From the NCBI RefSeq assembly GCF_009914755.1, contig NC_060943.1: a DNA stretch of 64,000 nucleotides. One strand, written 5' to 3'. Under the pieces are notes generated by a model that had not been told where the DNA came from, made no database searches, and saw only the letters and a list, made by a program, of their open reading frames with translations. Origin of the DNA: the human T2T-CHM13v2.0 reference genome, Homo sapiens. Position 1 is the stretch's first letter; each line of letters opens with the position of its first letter. Shown here piece after piece: positions 62,926 through 64,000 of the stretch. Both the position numbers and the translations under genes were made by a program.

Positions 62926-63882
62926 CTACATCATTACATTTTTTTCTGGGTAGAGTTTACTGAAGAAGGTCTTCTTCATGGCGACCTTCAGCTCCTTGTT
63001 CCTGAGGCTGAAGATGATGGGGCTGAGGAAGGGTGTGAGGACCGTGTAGGTGATGCCCATCAAGGTGTCTCCTTCCAGAGACTGGGGACTTTTGGGCTTC
63101 AGGTAAATGACGGAGGCAAAGCCATAGTGCACGACCACCACAGTGAGGTGAGAGGCACAGGTGGAGAAGGCCTTGTTCCGACCTTCAGCAGAAGGGATCT
63201 TCAAGATGGCGGCCACGATGAAGGCATAGGAGAGGAGGATGAGGAGAAAACAGCCCAGCAGGGCCGTGATACACACCAAGCCCACGCCTTTGGCCACCAC
63301 CAGCACATCGTCTCCACAGGCCAACTTCAACAGAGGTGGCACATGGCAAGCAAAATGGTGGATCTCCTTGTGTCCACAGAAGGCGAGGTGGAAAATGGCC
63401 GAGGTCACCACCATCCCCATGACCAAGCCACCAGCCCAGGAGCAGCCCACCAGGCAGGCGCAGCCCCGCGGGCTCATGAGCACGTTGTAGCGCAGGGGGT
63501 GGCAGATGGCCACGTAGCGGTCGTAGCCCATGACGGTGAGCAGGAAGGAGTGGGTGAAGCCGAAGCTGAAGGAGAAGAACATCTGACTGGCACAGGCCAG
63601 GAAGGCGATGGAGCGCTGGGTGGACAGCAGGTCGGCCAGCATGCGCGGGATGATGGCCACGGTGTAGAGGATCTCGGAGACTGAGAGGACGCACAGGAAG
63701 AGGTACATGGGCGTGTGGAGGCTGCGCTCGCTCCAGACGGTGGCCATGATGAGCAGGTTGCCCAGCAGCGTGAACAGGTACATCAGCAGGAACAGCAGGA
63801 AGAGCATCAGCTGGAGGTGGGGGAAGACAGAGAAGCGGACGAGGATGAATTGGGTCACTGTGGAGTGATTGGCTCTCTGCAT
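62926..63882 (-). CDS. OR10H1: Olfactory receptor family 10 subfamily H member 1 (318 aa)
   Basis: Intact ORF MQRANHST...YPEKNVMM with the same OR motifs. Confidence 0.95.
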   Translation of the reverse strand: MQRANHSTVTQFILVRFSVFPHLQLMLFLLFLLMYLFTLLGNLLIMATVWSERSLHTPMYLFLCVLSVSEILYTVAIIPRMLADLLSTQRSIAFLACASQMFFSFSFGFTHSFLLTVMGYDRYVAICHPLRYNVLMSPRGCACLVGCSWAGGLVMGMVVTSAIFHLAFCGHKEIHHFACHVPPLLKLACGDDVLVVAKGVGLVCITALLGCFLLILLSYAFIVAAILKIPSAEGRNKAFSTCASHLTVVVVHYGFASVIYLKPKSPQSLEGDTLMGITYTVLTPFLSPIIFSLRNKELKVAMKKTFFSKLYPEKNVMM

Positions 63883-63893
63883 GGAGGCTGTGC

Positions 63894-63925
63894 CTGGGGT
63901 GAGATGTGACAGGGAGATGTCAGTT
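63894..63925 (-). promoter_or_regulatory. Splice acceptor of the OR10H1 coding exon, 11 nt upstream of ATG
   Basis: actgacatctccctgtcacatctcaccccag|gcacagcctccATG; same spacing as OR10H5. Confidence 0.7.
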
Positions 63926-64000
63926 ACTGCATGAAGAAAAGTTCTCAGCCTTCCCCATACCTGGATTTGCCCAAGGGACTGCTCTTGATAAATGGTTTGG

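Overview
Primate (human-like) genomic DNA, rich in Alu, L1 and LTR repeats. From protein sequence and gene order I recognise the chr19p13 CYP4F/OR10H cluster; that placement is from memory, not a search. (1) A complete unprocessed CYP4F pseudogene lies on the minus strand (about 14829-36212, most likely CYP4F24P). All 13 exons are traceable by splice sites. It has five disabling lesions: a +1 frameshift in exon 2, a -1 frameshift and a TAG in exon 7, a GT>AT donor after exon 10, and a TGA in exon 11. (2) A ~2.7 kb modular GAGT/GAGG VNTR in intron 2 creates three spurious 833-932 aa ORFs. (3) A solo HERV-K(HML-2) LTR5 with a perfect 6-bp TSD sits upstream of the pseudogene. (4) Two intact, convergent olfactory receptor genes, OR10H5 (+) and OR10H1 (-), have homogenised cores and divergent ends. 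Structures most worth a second look: a TSD-flanked Alu carrying a mosaic of two locally copied unique segments between the OR genes; the VNTR's higher-order structure; a p53 half-site cluster in intron 3; a CpG-dense last exon; and several nested or rearranged L1 insertions, one with a probable 3' transduction. I cannot support a wholly new biological system here; the findings are structural observations with testable hypotheses. Exon and TSD coordinates were counted by hand; repeat boundaries and subfamily names are approximate.
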